Notes under the pieces: generated by a model | The model's input: only the letters and a program-made list of their open reading frames with translations | The model's database searches: none | Told to the model about the DNA's origin: nothing | Part shown: positions 7,604-16,288 of the stretch, in pieces | Layout of the letters: every line of letters starts with the position of its first letter | Numbering within the stretch: the stretch's first letter is position 1 | Position numbers and translations under genes: made by a program | IMG/VR virus record: IMGVR_UViG_3300037420_001400 | Direction: 5' to 3' (one strand) | Source: a virus | Length of the DNA: 45,644 nt

Positions 7604-8443
7604 ATGGCATTAAGAGATCAACCGTATCTACCATTGTATGTGCAGGATTTTTTGACTGATGAGAAGTTGGCAGAGTGTTCCGCTGCGGCAAATGGAGTAT
7701 ACATTCGTCTCATGTGCCTTATGCACAAATCAGATCAGTACGGATCTATTTTGCTAAAGCAAAAGTACAAGCAAACATCCGAGCCAATTAAAAATTTTGC
7801 TACTCAGATTGCTAAACAAATGCCTTTCGATTTCCATACCGTGGCGAGATCACTTGAGGAATTAGTGAACGAAAAAGTTCTGCTAATGGAGGGTGATATT
7901 CTAACCCAAAAGAGAATGGTAAAGGACAATAAAATCAGTGAGTCCAGAGCAAAAACAGGTGCTAAAGGCGGGGCTAAAACAGCCAATAAATTTGCTTCAA
8001 AATTTGCTAAAGCAAAAAGTCAAGCAAACACTGAATATGAAAATGAAGATGAATTTGAAAGTGAAGATGAAGATGATTTAAGAAAAGGGGGTGCGGGGGA
8101 AAAACAGGAGCCTGAAATGCCATTCAACTCTGTCGAGTTCAAAGTTGCATGGTACGGATGGAAAAGTCATTTGGTAGACAAGAAATCCCCATACCAAACA
8201 TTTTCTGCCGAGCAGGGAGGGCTCGATTTGCTGTTGGAAATTGCCGGTACGGATGAAAATAAAGCCATTCACACGCTAAACTATTGCAGGAAACAGAACT
8301 GGAAATCATTACACCTTGACAAAGACTATGGAAAAATTTCAAAGACAAAACCAACCTTCAACGAACACCTACAGGCCGCATCGGAGGCCCGGGAACAATC
8401 CGACGAAATGTTAAAAAAATACGCTAAGAGCAAAGAACAATGA
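7604..8443 (+). CDS. DUF1376 (YdaU-like) replication-associated protein
   Basis: N-terminal PYLPLYVQDFLTDEKL..GVYIRLMCLMH fits the DUF1376 signature. It is followed by K/A-rich and acidic low-complexity tracts. Confidence 0.6.
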   Translation: MALRDQPYLPLYVQDFLTDEKLAECSAAANGVYIRLMCLMHKSDQYGSILLKQKYKQTSEPIKNFATQIAKQMPFDFHTVARSLEELVNEKVLLMEGDILTQKRMVKDNKISESRAKTGAKGGAKTANKFASKFAKAKSQANTEYENEDEFESEDEDDLRKGGAGEKQEPEMPFNSVEFKVAWYGWKSHLVDKKSPYQTFSAEQGGLDLLLEIAGTDENKAIHTLNYCRKQNWKSLHLDKDYGKISKTKPTFNEHLQAASEAREQSDEMLKKYAKSKEQ

Positions 8444-9315
8444 GCAATCTAACCACCATACCAACGCAAGGAATGTACCTTCAACCCAACGAGGTTAAAG
8501 CAATCGCAAAGGTAAATTTGGAGCTTCGCCCATTCGTTGAGAACAAGAATAGCCCAAAGGTTTTTGAGGCTCCGGTGCTGGAAGCAACCCAATTTATCCG
8601 GGACCAGGTTCAGATTTCCATGCACCGGGGAGGGCTGGTTGATCTCACAAAGCAGGCGGCCGCGATCACCTCAGTAGCAACCGGAGTTTACGAATACATC
8701 GTCCGGTCAAAGTACAAGCACGTGACATTTGCGGAAATGGCAGACGCTTTTCTGCGGGGCGGTGCGGGCGAATACGATACTGACAGCCGCAAACTTTTCG
8801 GGTACGGCGTGGACAGGTTCACCCAGTGCATACGGTTCTACATGGAATCAGCTTCCAGGGAGCATGCAATGAAAAAATGGATTAGCGAAATAGAATCCCC
8901 GTCCACAGAAAAACCGGTTGCCGACCTTTTCAAAATAAACCTTGCTATTTGCCAGAACTTTTTTGAACTATTCGACCCCTCGACCCCTAAAAAATACAAA
9001 TCGGTTTATGCTCACGATTCAGATGTATTCCATTTGCCCTCACTGTTCGATTTCCTGCGTTCAAATTACGAATTCAGTATAAGTGATGCCGGGCAAGAAA
9101 CAATCCTTAAAACGGCTAAAATCGAATATAACGAGTATATCAAAAAATCGGGCCTGCAAAAGTCGGATCCGGGAAAATGGCAGACGTTGGTAGAATCGGT
9201 TAAGCTCGGAACAAACGTTACGTTCGATTTCAGTGTAAAGACTGAGGCACTGAAATACATATTTACAAAAATGAAAGAGAAAAACAAAACCCTTAACGAC
9301 CTGAAAAGAAGATGA
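8440..9315 (+). CDS. Hypothetical protein (replication-module position)
   Basis: 291-aa ORF with a 4-nt overlap to the DUF1376 gene. No Walker motif seen. Confidence 0.55.
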   Translation: MSNLTTIPTQGMYLQPNEVKAIAKVNLELRPFVENKNSPKVFEAPVLEATQFIRDQVQISMHRGGLVDLTKQAAAITSVATGVYEYIVRSKYKHVTFAEMADAFLRGGAGEYDTDSRKLFGYGVDRFTQCIRFYMESASREHAMKKWISEIESPSTEKPVADLFKINLAICQNFFELFDPSTPKKYKSVYAHDSDVFHLPSLFDFLRSNYEFSISDAGQETILKTAKIEYNEYIKKSGLQKSDPGKWQTLVESVKLGTNVTFDFSVKTEALKYIFTKMKEKNKTLNDLKRR

Positions 9316-9599
9316 AACTATTAAAATTATTCATACCAAAAGAAAAACAGCAGATTGTATCTGAGTTATCCGAGTCAGATACTAAAACATTAATGATCCC
9401 TAAAGACAGCGCGCAGGCTGTTCAGGAGTTAAAAAGCTATACTGTAAAATGGGAAGTTCAGGCAAATGGGTATATGAGCCGTAACACGTACCACAAGGTT
9501 TTTATAAAGATAGAAGACGTTGACGAGTTTAAGAAACAATTGAAACACAGCGCTGATTTCATTGGTGCCAGTATTTGGATTGAAGACTATGAGAATTAA
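9312..9599 (+). CDS. Hypothetical protein
   Basis: 95-aa ORF with a 4-nt overlap onto the upstream gene. Confidence 0.55.
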   Translation: MKLLKLFIPKEKQQIVSELSESDTKTLMIPKDSAQAVQELKSYTVKWEVQANGYMSRNTYHKVFIKIEDVDEFKKQLKHSADFIGASIWIEDYEN

Positions 9600-9628
9600 C
9601 CCAAACCCATTAACCCAAAATAATTAGT

Positions 9629-9871
9629 ATGAATCACAAAATTATTGAAACAAACTGCAAGTTGCCCGATGTGCTTCTTTACCGGCACAGAAACGAAGAT
9701 GGGGACGAACAGGTTATTATTCAGGCTATAGGCACCATCGACGACACAGACAACACGTTTGCCCAAGAGCCTGTAACATTTGATAACGAATATTCAGCCC
9801 AGAGATTCATAACAGACTATAGCAAAACGTCTGCCGAATTGTGGTGCAAACAGCAAGCGATAACATATTAA
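9629..9871 (+). CDS. Hypothetical protein
   Basis: 80-aa ORF in the early operon. Confidence 0.5.
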   Translation: MNHKIIETNCKLPDVLLYRHRNEDGDEQVIIQAIGTIDDTDNTFAQEPVTFDNEYSAQRFITDYSKTSAELWCKQQAITY

Positions 9872-9883
9872 AACCAACCAACC

Positions 9884-10021
9884 ATGACCAAAGAACAACT
9901 GATCGAGGAGATCAAAGCGGGGAATATTACTACCATAAGCCAAATAGCTTGTAAATTGGCTCAACATGAAGCGGTTGAAAGATACACCGGCAACAAAGAG
10001 AAGGGAGGTAATAATGAATAA
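9884..10021 (+). CDS. Hypothetical micro-protein (45 aa, below the ORF-track cutoff)
   Basis: ATG at 9884, TAA at 10019-10021. It fills the gap between neighbours, and its stop overlaps the next ATG (10014) by 8 nt. Confidence 0.35.
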   Translation: MTKEQLIEEIKAGNITTISQIACKLAQHEAVERYTGNKEKGGNNE

Positions 10022-10385
10022 AGAAATATGGGAAGGGAACATGTTAATTGCTGAATTTCACGGGTGGAAACGAGCAACGGATAATACTGGTAGAGGATTA
10101 TGGAATTACCCAGATTGGGATAAAGAGCATTGGGATTCATACCAGTTTGCTTACCATAAATCATGGAATTGGTTGATGAAAGTAATTGATATTATATCTA
10201 TTCAGTTTGATGTAAGAATTACATATATGTCAGAAGCTCTACATGTTACTTACATAGAGCGAAGAGATGTTTTTGATAACGAAATATCTTCAATGGGAGG
10301 CATGAAGCCTATTGAAAATACGTGGCATGCCGTAGTTAATTTCATTAAATGGTATAACAAACAACCTAAATATAAATCAAAATGA
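10014..10385 (+). CDS. Hypothetical protein
   Basis: Start taken at the internal ATG 10014 (MNKEIWEGNMLIAEFHGWK..) of ORF 9966..10385, so that it does not overlap the upstream micro-ORF. Confidence 0.5.
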   Translation: MNKEIWEGNMLIAEFHGWKRATDNTGRGLWNYPDWDKEHWDSYQFAYHKSWNWLMKVIDIISIQFDVRITYMSEALHVTYIERRDVFDNEISSMGGMKPIENTWHAVVNFIKWYNKQPKYKSK

Positions 10386-10948
10386 CCTTATACGCTCCCC
10401 TAACCCTACGATCCGTCAACAACCAACTGATGGTTGCGGGTCATACCGCGCCTGAGCCGAACAATAAAATTGTCGCAAACCCCAAAATATATAAGGAAAT
10501 TCATGATCATTGGCTCGCCTCCAAAATCGAGCTGCCAGTTAGTGAGGGTTCAAGAAAAGAACTTGAATCGTCAGCTCAGAAAATATCTTTCAAAAGATAT
10601 AAAAATGATCCTGAAAAATATTTTTATGACCTTCTAAAAACAACAGGCATCGACATCAGTGAGCTGGCAGGTAGGATTCGGATTGAAGGCATAAAAACTA
10701 AATACTTGTGCGAAGGTTGCAGTGGTGACGATAACGGAGATCCTTGCGCTGAACGATGTGGAAAGATTGAAAAACAGATTACCCTCCTACCCGAGAAGGA
10801 AGAGGGGCAGGACACAACCAGGCTGGATGTTATTGATTTTATAAACGAATGGACCAGCAACAAGGGCTATACGAATATTCCAAGATCAAGATTTGATGAT
10901 TTCATTAAAGACTTTATAAAACAATTCACCATAATCAAAAACAAGTAA
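10382..10948 (+). CDS. Hypothetical protein with Cys cluster
   Basis: 188 aa with CEGCSGDDNGDPCAERC, a possible zinc site. 4-nt overlap with the upstream gene. Confidence 0.5.
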   Translation: MTLYAPLTLRSVNNQLMVAGHTAPEPNNKIVANPKIYKEIHDHWLASKIELPVSEGSRKELESSAQKISFKRYKNDPEKYFYDLLKTTGIDISELAGRIRIEGIKTKYLCEGCSGDDNGDPCAERCGKIEKQITLLPEKEEGQDTTRLDVIDFINEWTSNKGYTNIPRSRFDDFIKDFIKQFTIIKNK

Positions 10949-10949
10949 G

Positions 10950-11207
10950 ATGAGATATTTATTAAATCTGAGGATTTGGAGGATACAGTTTCAGATAGAA
11001 CCCAAATGGCATATGACATTTACGTTAAAGTTGTTTGTTGTGGGCTTTGAGATAAAAGGAGTACGATTCTATTATTGCAAACAAAAGGATTTGGGAAAGA
11101 TCATTTGGCTTTTCAACCTTGGAAATAAATACTGGGAAATGAGAGACTATCACGGCACAGGAGAACTTAATAAATGGAAGTATAAAAATCATAAATCAAG
11201 CTATTAA
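10950..11207 (+). CDS. Hypothetical protein
   Basis: 85-aa ORF, tightly packed in the operon. Confidence 0.45.
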   Translation: MRYLLNLRIWRIQFQIEPKWHMTFTLKLFVVGFEIKGVRFYYCKQKDLGKIIWLFNLGNKYWEMRDYHGTGELNKWKYKNHKSSY

Positions 11208-11211
11208 TCCC

Positions 11212-11685
11212 ATGAGCAACAACAAAACACATCTGCAAGAGGCAATACAAGCAATAATTTATAAGTCAGAAGTCTTTAAAGATCTTACTGAAAGAGAAAG
11301 AACAATTGCTATAGCAGGATTTAAAGCCGGTGCCCAATGGCAACAACAGAACCGGGTGGATGTAGATTTAGACAAGCTTAAAAAACAGTTTGATGAAAAA
11401 ATAATTATTCCTGCATTAAACAGAGCCGTAGAGTTAGGCGTTTCGGTTGAAGTTCACACTAAAGATGTTTGGGAGGAAATATTGTCTATATTTCTACCCC
11501 ACCTCCAACAACCACAGGGGGATGCGATTGAGTTTTTCAAATGGATGGAAGAAAACACCGATCCTCAAAAGCCAATCGACAGTATGTATTATTTCTATGA
11601 AAACGAGAAGTATTATGAACTCGACGAGCTTTACGAAATGTTCAAATCCCAACCACCAAAGCAGAAGGAGGGGATCAATGATTAG
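11212..11685 (+). CDS. Hypothetical protein
   Basis: 157-aa ORF in the early operon. Confidence 0.55.
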   Translation: MSNNKTHLQEAIQAIIYKSEVFKDLTERERTIAIAGFKAGAQWQQQNRVDVDLDKLKKQFDEKIIIPALNRAVELGVSVEVHTKDVWEEILSIFLPHLQQPQGDAIEFFKWMEENTDPQKPIDSMYYFYENEKYYELDELYEMFKSQPPKQKEGIND

Positions 11686-11911
11686 GATACCAATCGAAAG
11701 ATTGCCAAATGAAACGAGACGGGTCGAAGGGCATAATTACAGAATAAGAAAAGGTAGTTATGAAAAGTATTACGTAGAGGAGTTTGTAATATTCACTTAT
11801 TATTTAATAAGTTGGTGTAGAATATTCGGACCCTTCAAGACAGAGGCAGAGGCGAATAAATATAAATGGTGGGACAAGAAGAACATACCAAGTGAATTCA
11901 AAATCAACTAA
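11678..11911 (+). CDS. Hypothetical protein
   Basis: Internal ATG 11678 (MIRIPIERL..) of ORF 11447..11911. It overlaps the upstream stop by 8 nt. The longer N-terminal extension would lie inside 11212..11685. Confidence 0.5.
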   Translation: MIRIPIERLPNETRRVEGHNYRIRKGSYEKYYVEEFVIFTYYLISWCRIFGPFKTEAEANKYKWWDKKNIPSEFKIN

Positions 11912-12053
11912 CCCCAAACCCCTCCGCGTCCGCTGCACCGATCGCAAACAGCAGTTCGTTCTGCCCTCTCCCGAATGTAACGGCATAGGACAACCTTACA
12001 GGTGTAGTGAGTGCGGGAGGAGATTAATTAATAAAAACCAAAAACAGTAAATT

Positions 12054-12392
12054 ATGATTCCTGAATACATGATAGACTTTGCAAAGCAATTGGAGATTTA
12101 CATTAACTCTGATTACTACAAAAATCAAATTTCAATTGGCGCATTCTCAACCCGGTTTAGAAAATTCTTTTTAGAAAATGAAAGAGCAAAAGACCTGCTG
12201 TTTATGATTGATGTTCTTAACGGCGAAACGGAAGAGAAAAATAAATGCCTGGATCTGCTCGAAAGTTTATCAAATGGTTTTCAGTTGCGTTTAGATAATG
12301 AGCCTGAAACAATTGATAAAGGCGACTTTTATATGATGCTTGAAGTAAATGATTGCTTACGGGAAAACGGACGACTAAGAGAAGAACAATAA
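12054..12392 (+). CDS. Hypothetical protein
   Basis: 112-aa ORF in the early operon. Confidence 0.55.
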   Translation: MIPEYMIDFAKQLEIYINSDYYKNQISIGAFSTRFRKFFLENERAKDLLFMIDVLNGETEEKNKCLDLLESLSNGFQLRLDNEPETIDKGDFYMMLEVNDCLRENGRLREEQ

Positions 12393-12428
12393 CCAAAACC
12401 CCTCCCGAGGGTATCGGGGAGAGAAGAT

Positions 12429-12905
12429 ATGAGAAAAAATAAGTTCTTTCATCAATCCGAAAAGCAAGACTGGGGAACCCCTCAATATATTTTTGATTCT
12501 CTTAATAAAGAATTTGGATTTACAGTTGACGTATGTGCCAGTGCAGAAAATAAAAAATGTAATAGATTTTTTTCGATAGAAGACGACGCATTAAAAATGG
12601 ATTGGTCAAAGGAAGTATGCTTTATGAACCCTCCCTATAATAGGTGCGATGAATTCATGGAAAAGGCGTGGACGGAAAGTAAGAGAGGCGCTATAGTTGT
12701 GTGCCTAGTACCGGCAAGATTGGACGCTTCATGGTGGCATAGGTACGCCATGAAAAGCGAGATAAGACTGTTTGTTCAAAGACTTGAATTTGACGGGCCA
12801 AAGAAAAACAGAGCCCCGTTTCCAAGCGCAGTTATTGTCTTCAGGCCCCCTACATTTATTTTATCAACAATTGAATTGAGACGATCGGATTTTAGAAAGA
12901 AATAA
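12429..12905 (+). CDS. Phage Dam-like DNA N6-adenine methyltransferase (orphan)
   Basis: DWGTPQYIF..FGFTVDVCA..NPPY..VCLVPAR.D..WW..RL.F matches the small phage N6A methyltransferase family, including the NPPY catalytic motif. No partner endonuclease is present. Confidence 0.85.
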   Translation: MRKNKFFHQSEKQDWGTPQYIFDSLNKEFGFTVDVCASAENKKCNRFFSIEDDALKMDWSKEVCFMNPPYNRCDEFMEKAWTESKRGAIVVCLVPARLDASWWHRYAMKSEIRLFVQRLEFDGPKKNRAPFPSAVIVFRPPTFILSTIELRRSDFRKK

Positions 12906-12921
12906 TTCCCTAACTTCGCTT

Positions 12922-13278
12922 ATGATCACCAAAGAATCAATACGCCCTGGTAACCTGATCCTATTCGATCACAACGAATACCGCAAGCCACCTAAACCAG
13001 GATTGCGGGGTATTGTCGAAGAGGTCCACGAAGACGGTGTGCTATTCAAGGGTGGATTCAAGCGCAGGTTTGATCAGCTTTCAGGCCTAGAATTAACCGA
13101 CGACCTCTGGCAAAAGTTCGGGCTTGAGTTGGTGAACAGAGTACATGAAGATGCCTGGTATCATGCTGGCAAAGACCTGTTGTGTAGGCAGCAGTTCAGG
13201 TGTGTGCATGATTTACAGAACTGGTTTGAGGATAAGGTTGGGGAGAAGTTGGGGATAAAGGTGGGCCCGAACAATTGA
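12922..13278 (+). CDS. Hypothetical protein
   Basis: 118-aa ORF in the early operon. Confidence 0.55.
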   Translation: MITKESIRPGNLILFDHNEYRKPPKPGLRGIVEEVHEDGVLFKGGFKRRFDQLSGLELTDDLWQKFGLELVNRVHEDAWYHAGKDLLCRQQFRCVHDLQNWFEDKVGEKLGIKVGPNN

Positions 13279-13390
13279 TGCCATCAGAGAATAAATAACA
13301 AAGCCCATGCGGATGATCGGCAAATATACTGTACGTCGTTCCGCTAGGCAGATCCCGGGGGCCAATTCCGGGGTTTAAAAAATTAATATC

Positions 13391-13708
13391 ATGAAATTTA
13401 CCATAAATAAAAATATTACAGTTAAGGAGGAAATAGAGGTTGATCTGCCATATTATTTCAAGCACGATTTTCATACTGATTACACAAGCAATGTCGTATA
13501 TGGAAGAATAACGGAAGACGGTGTTTTAGAAGTAACACATACGAAATATGACAATAAGGATAGGTTTGTTTATGAAATCGAGTTCGACGAAAATATAGAT
13601 ACTTCAAGTTTCAAAAAAGAATATATTTCATCGGAAAAAGAATTTGAATATGCGCTAAATAAATTGGAAGATTTTATCAAAAAGCAAACCCAATCCCCAC
13701 TAAAATAG
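13391..13708 (+). CDS. Hypothetical protein (last rightward early gene)
   Basis: 105-aa ORF. It is followed by a ~170-nt stretch without convincing coding potential. Confidence 0.5.
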   Translation: MKFTINKNITVKEEIEVDLPYYFKHDFHTDYTSNVVYGRITEDGVLEVTHTKYDNKDRFVYEIEFDENIDTSSFKKEYISSEKEFEYALNKLEDFIKKQTQSPLK

Positions 13709-13878
13709 CGCGGTCATTTCTTCAACACTATCTCCGATTACATGATGGAGGTTGAGGCAGCTATTCGGAAAAGCAAAGACGTATCCGAACCAATCATAAC
13801 AATTCACGATGTCGAATAAAAAACAACCCCAGCTCTTTCGAACCGGGGCAGGCCTAACGGAACCACGTACCGCCGGAG

Positions 13879-14040
13879 CTAACGATCATCCGTACTGGCT
13901 TTTAATATTACATCAACCGCATCATTGCACTCTTTGAGCTTATCAGCAGGCACGCGCCGGTAAAGCACAACGGTGTCTTTTTTTGGACGACCTGGACCAG
14001 GTTTGGCAGGCCGATTGAATTTTCTTTTATCGATTTTCAT
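13879..14040 (-). CDS. 53-aa basic protein with AT-hook-like GRPKK arm (paralog of 15955..16116)
   Basis: Hand translation: MKIDKRKFNRPAKPGPGRPKKDTVVLYRRVPADKLKECNDAVDVILKASTDDR. It shares the pattern VPA.K.KE...AV..IL with the other 53-aa ORF. Below the ORF-track cutoff. Confidence 0.45.
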   Translation of the reverse strand: MKIDKRKFNRPAKPGPGRPKKDTVVLYRRVPADKLKECNDAVDVILKASTDDR

Positions 14041-14046
14041 CTACCC

Positions 14047-14076
14047 AAAAACCCCGCTACCAGTTACGGAGCGGGG
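14047..14076 (-). terminator. Rho-independent terminator (minus strand)
   Basis: CCCCGCT (14052-14058) pairs with AGCGGGG (14070-14076). On the minus strand the hairpin is followed by TTTTT (plus-strand A-run 14047-14051). A second hairpin, CGAGG/CCTCG, lies at 14081-14099. Confidence 0.55.
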
Positions 14077-14116
14077 CGGTCGAGGCTTGCGAAACCTCGC
14101 GAGAAACGCAAGGGGT

Positions 14117-14374
14117 TTATGAATTAACGGATGTTCCTACATGATAATAAGTTCTGATTCTTTTCTCGGTTGTTACAACCGTCTTGCCTTCAAATATCTC
14201 AATTATACCTTTGTTCTGAAAGGCAAAGTTATTTAGTAACGAATCCATTTGTTCCGGTGAGCATGTGCCGGCAAAATTTAAAGAATCTGACCCGTGCGCT
14301 TGGTCCATAATACGAACAATGGATATATTCATCAATGCTGATTGTTCTAATTTTTTTAATGCTGCTTTGTTCAT
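14117..14374 (-). CDS. Hypothetical protein
   Basis: 85-aa ORF, divergent from the GIY-YIG gene and followed by hairpins. Confidence 0.5.
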   Translation of the reverse strand: MNKAALKKLEQSALMNISIVRIMDQAHGSDSLNFAGTCSPEQMDSLLNNFAFQNKGIIEIFEGKTVVTTEKRIRTYYHVGTSVNS

Positions 14375-14481
14375 TTTGCGAGGTTTTAAAGATCAGCTTC
14401 ATTGCTTATCTGGATACAAATATACGGCTATTCTGAATTATTGCAAGCGGAAAACTATTTTTTTTGCTAAAACATTGATTA

Positions 14482-14503
14482 TTTAACATTTACAAATGTT
14501 AAA
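14482..14503. promoter_or_regulatory. Perfect 22-bp palindrome (operator-like)
   Basis: TTTAACATTT-AC-AAATGTTAAA has 10-bp perfect arms and a 2-bp spacer. It sits in the divergent spacer immediately upstream of the GIY-YIG ORF. Confidence 0.5.
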
Positions 14504-15088
14504 ATGTGTATCTTTAAAGAAAAAAACATGTTTTTGCGCCCAAAAGAATACGCCAAAATGAAAGGCATATCTTATCACCGGATATTAATAAAGATAAGAA
14601 GGAATCAGATAGACGAAAAGTACCTCCTCAGGTTGAATAGATATCAAACAAAAGTGTCGATTGAATATGAATATGAGCCTCTAAAGTACAAGAAAAAAGA
14701 GAAGCCTTTTAAAGACACAATTGTGTTTGAAGAAAAAACCGATAATAAAGAGAAACAACTTATTGAAATAGATTGCATATATATGATCGAAAATATAACC
14801 AAAAAAAGAGCATATATTGGCATGAGTGGGCACTATGAAACCCGCATATCAAGTCATAAAAGCCTTCTTGAATTAGGCAAACACGCATGCGTTGAAATGC
14901 AAAAAGATTATAGCAATGGAGATGAATTTGTTTTTGTTTTACTTGAAAACAATAGCGAAAAAGAGAATCGAGAAAGAGAAATTTTTTACATCGAAAAATT
15001 TTCGCACACTCATTATTTGTACAATGTGTCAAACAATAAGCTAAGATCTAAGCGGCACTTTAATGCTAAAAAACAAAACCTAAAGTAA
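14504..15088 (+). CDS. GIY-YIG nuclease with N-terminal HTH-like domain (free-standing homing-endonuclease-like)
   Basis: CIYMIENITKKRAYIGMSGHYETRISSHK..H..E..YN fits GIY-YIG (GIY.. YIG.. R.. H.. E.. N). N-terminal LRPKEYAKMKGISYHRILIKIRRNQI is HTH-like. The start may be ATG 14528. Confidence 0.65.
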   Translation: MCIFKEKNMFLRPKEYAKMKGISYHRILIKIRRNQIDEKYLLRLNRYQTKVSIEYEYEPLKYKKKEKPFKDTIVFEEKTDNKEKQLIEIDCIYMIENITKKRAYIGMSGHYETRISSHKSLLELGKHACVEMQKDYSNGDEFVFVLLENNSEKENREREIFYIEKFSHTHYLYNVSNNKLRSKRHFNAKKQNLK

Positions 15089-15658
15089 GGCGATAATTAC
15101 TCCGATACCCACGCTGATCCCAGCAATCACCCTATTTCTCCTAACCTTTTTACCAGCCTTTTTCAAGTCCTTTTTTGCCGTTTCCAGCCCTTTCTCCTGT
15201 TCCTGTATAATCGAGTCCTTTAGCCCTAATTGTTCGTGCTGGATGGATATAACGGATAATAGCGCCGTATCCCTTCGTTCCTGGCTGGCAATGATGGAAT
15301 CGTTAACGGCGTTGAGTGAGTCGCAGGATTGGGCAAGGTTCTCGAATTTGACGAAGAGATCCCGGCAACCAACGGTATCAGCGGGGGTAACGGAATTATG
15401 AATCTGAACGTAATGGGTTACGACCTTCTGCTTTACGGATTTCAGGCTGTCAGCGCGTTGCTTTTCGGATCCAGCCTTCCGGTGTTCAACCTGTAGATTC
15501 GCTTCCAGACTGGCTATTTTGGCTTTGTGCAGAGCTATACTATCCGTATACATCTGTTGCCCCGAATCGGTATCACCCGACCCGGAGCATTTACCCAGTA
15601 GGAAGGCCGCTGGAATTGCCAGAAGGAAAGGCCATAATCTTAATTTTTTAGTTTTCAT
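15080..15658 (-). CDS. Membrane coiled-coil protein with N-terminal signal/lipobox-like Cys and C-terminal TM (unimolecular-spanin-like topology)
   Basis: N-terminal MKTKKLRLWPFLLAIPAAFLLGKC, a long charged helical middle, and a C-terminal hydrophobic VIAGISVGIGVIIALL. Confidence 0.4.
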   Translation of the reverse strand: MKTKKLRLWPFLLAIPAAFLLGKCSGSGDTDSGQQMYTDSIALHKAKIASLEANLQVEHRKAGSEKQRADSLKSVKQKVVTHYVQIHNSVTPADTVGCRDLFVKFENLAQSCDSLNAVNDSIIASQERRDTALLSVISIQHEQLGLKDSIIQEQEKGLETAKKDLKKAGKKVRRNRVIAGISVGIGVIIALL

Positions 15659-15691
15659 AATCAGTTAGTTACGTTATTTTAACAATATTAA

Positions 15692-15723
15692 TTTGTATAT
15701 ACGAAATAAGTACTGTATATTTG
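15692..15723 (+). promoter_or_regulatory. Bacteroidota-type promoter (TTTG ... TAtaTTTG)
   Basis: TTTG at 15692-15695 and TAtaTTTG at 15716-15723, about 20 nt upstream of ATG 15744. Confidence 0.5.
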
Positions 15724-15743
15724 CTCTATCAAAATCAAATGAT

Positions 15744-15962
15744 ATGAATTATCAAGAATTATTACAAGATCAATTTTCAAGCGAGATAAACAGCGTGGCG
15801 AGGTACGCAAAGAGTATCGGCTTTAATCCAGAGGCGGACTGTTTTATGACTCTTATGCGTAGGTGGTTAGAAGAAGGCAGGAAGTCGACCTTGTTTATTG
15901 AAGAAAACAAATCAGAGATAATAAAGACAATGAAGTTTTTTATAAAAAATGGCAATGGATAA
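15744..15962 (+). CDS. Hypothetical protein
   Basis: Internal ATG 15744 (MNYQELLQ..) of ORF 15693..15962, chosen because the promoter box lies inside the longer version. Confidence 0.5.
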   Translation: MNYQELLQDQFSSEINSVARYAKSIGFNPEADCFMTLMRRWLEEGRKSTLFIEENKSEIIKTMKFFIKNGNG

Positions 15963-16116
15963 AAAACCTAAACGAGCGCCAGGGGGCGGAAGGAAATTGA
16001 AATACGGAGAGCCAGTTAAGCTGGTTCCCTTTAAGTGTCCCGCCTCAAAAGTAAAAGAATTCAGAATCGCTGTAAATGCAATACTTAATTCGTATGTCAA
16101 AGAACTTAATAGCTAA
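15955..16116 (+). CDS. 53-aa basic protein (paralog of 13879..14040)
   Basis: Hand translation: MDKKPKRAPGGGRKLKYGEPVKLVPFKCPASKVKEFRIAVNAILNSYVKELNS. Same length and shared core with the minus-strand 53-aa ORF. It overlaps the upstream stop by 8 nt. Confidence 0.45.
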   Translation: MDKKPKRAPGGGRKLKYGEPVKLVPFKCPASKVKEFRIAVNAILNSYVKELNS

Positions 16117-16288
16117 AGGCCAAATATGGCAATCAGTAAACTACCGAGGGGAACCGACCGGAGAGCTCGTTGAAGTGTATGGACTTGGGTCTCGATGGGT
16201 CAAGTGGGAAGTAATAACGTCCAATACAATCATAAAGAGCCACGCTGCCCACTGGTGGTTCTTGCAATTCCACAGGCCCCTAAAATAA
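16094..16288 (+). CDS. Hypothetical protein
   Basis: ORF 16076..16288, with the likely start at ATG 16094 (MSKNLIAKGQIW..). Confidence 0.45.
   Translation: MSKNLIAKGQIWQSVNYRGEPTGELVEVYGLGSRWVKWEVITSNTIIKSHAAHWWFLQFHRPLK

Noticed and set aside
11892-12050. 52-aa Cys-containing frame (..RVRCTDRK..PECNG..YRCSECGRR..) filling the 11912-12053 gap
   Set aside because: It has no ATG. The only possible start is a GTG inside the preceding gene, and the Cys spacing is only partly zinc-ribbon-like. This is not enough support to call it a gene, though it may deserve a proteomic look.
12393-12428. Imperfect hairpin CCTCCCGA-GGGTA-TCGGGGAG after 12054..12392 as a terminator
   Set aside because: The stem has a bulge, no T-run follows, and the next gene in the same operon starts within 10 nt. 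Probably not a functional terminator.
13709-13878. Gene-poor stretch inspected for a tRNA or other structured RNA
   Set aside because: I could not find cloverleaf or T-loop (GTTCGAATC-like) features by eye, only a 24-codon ORF and weak hairpins. A tRNAscan/Infernal run would be needed to exclude RNA genes here and elsewhere.
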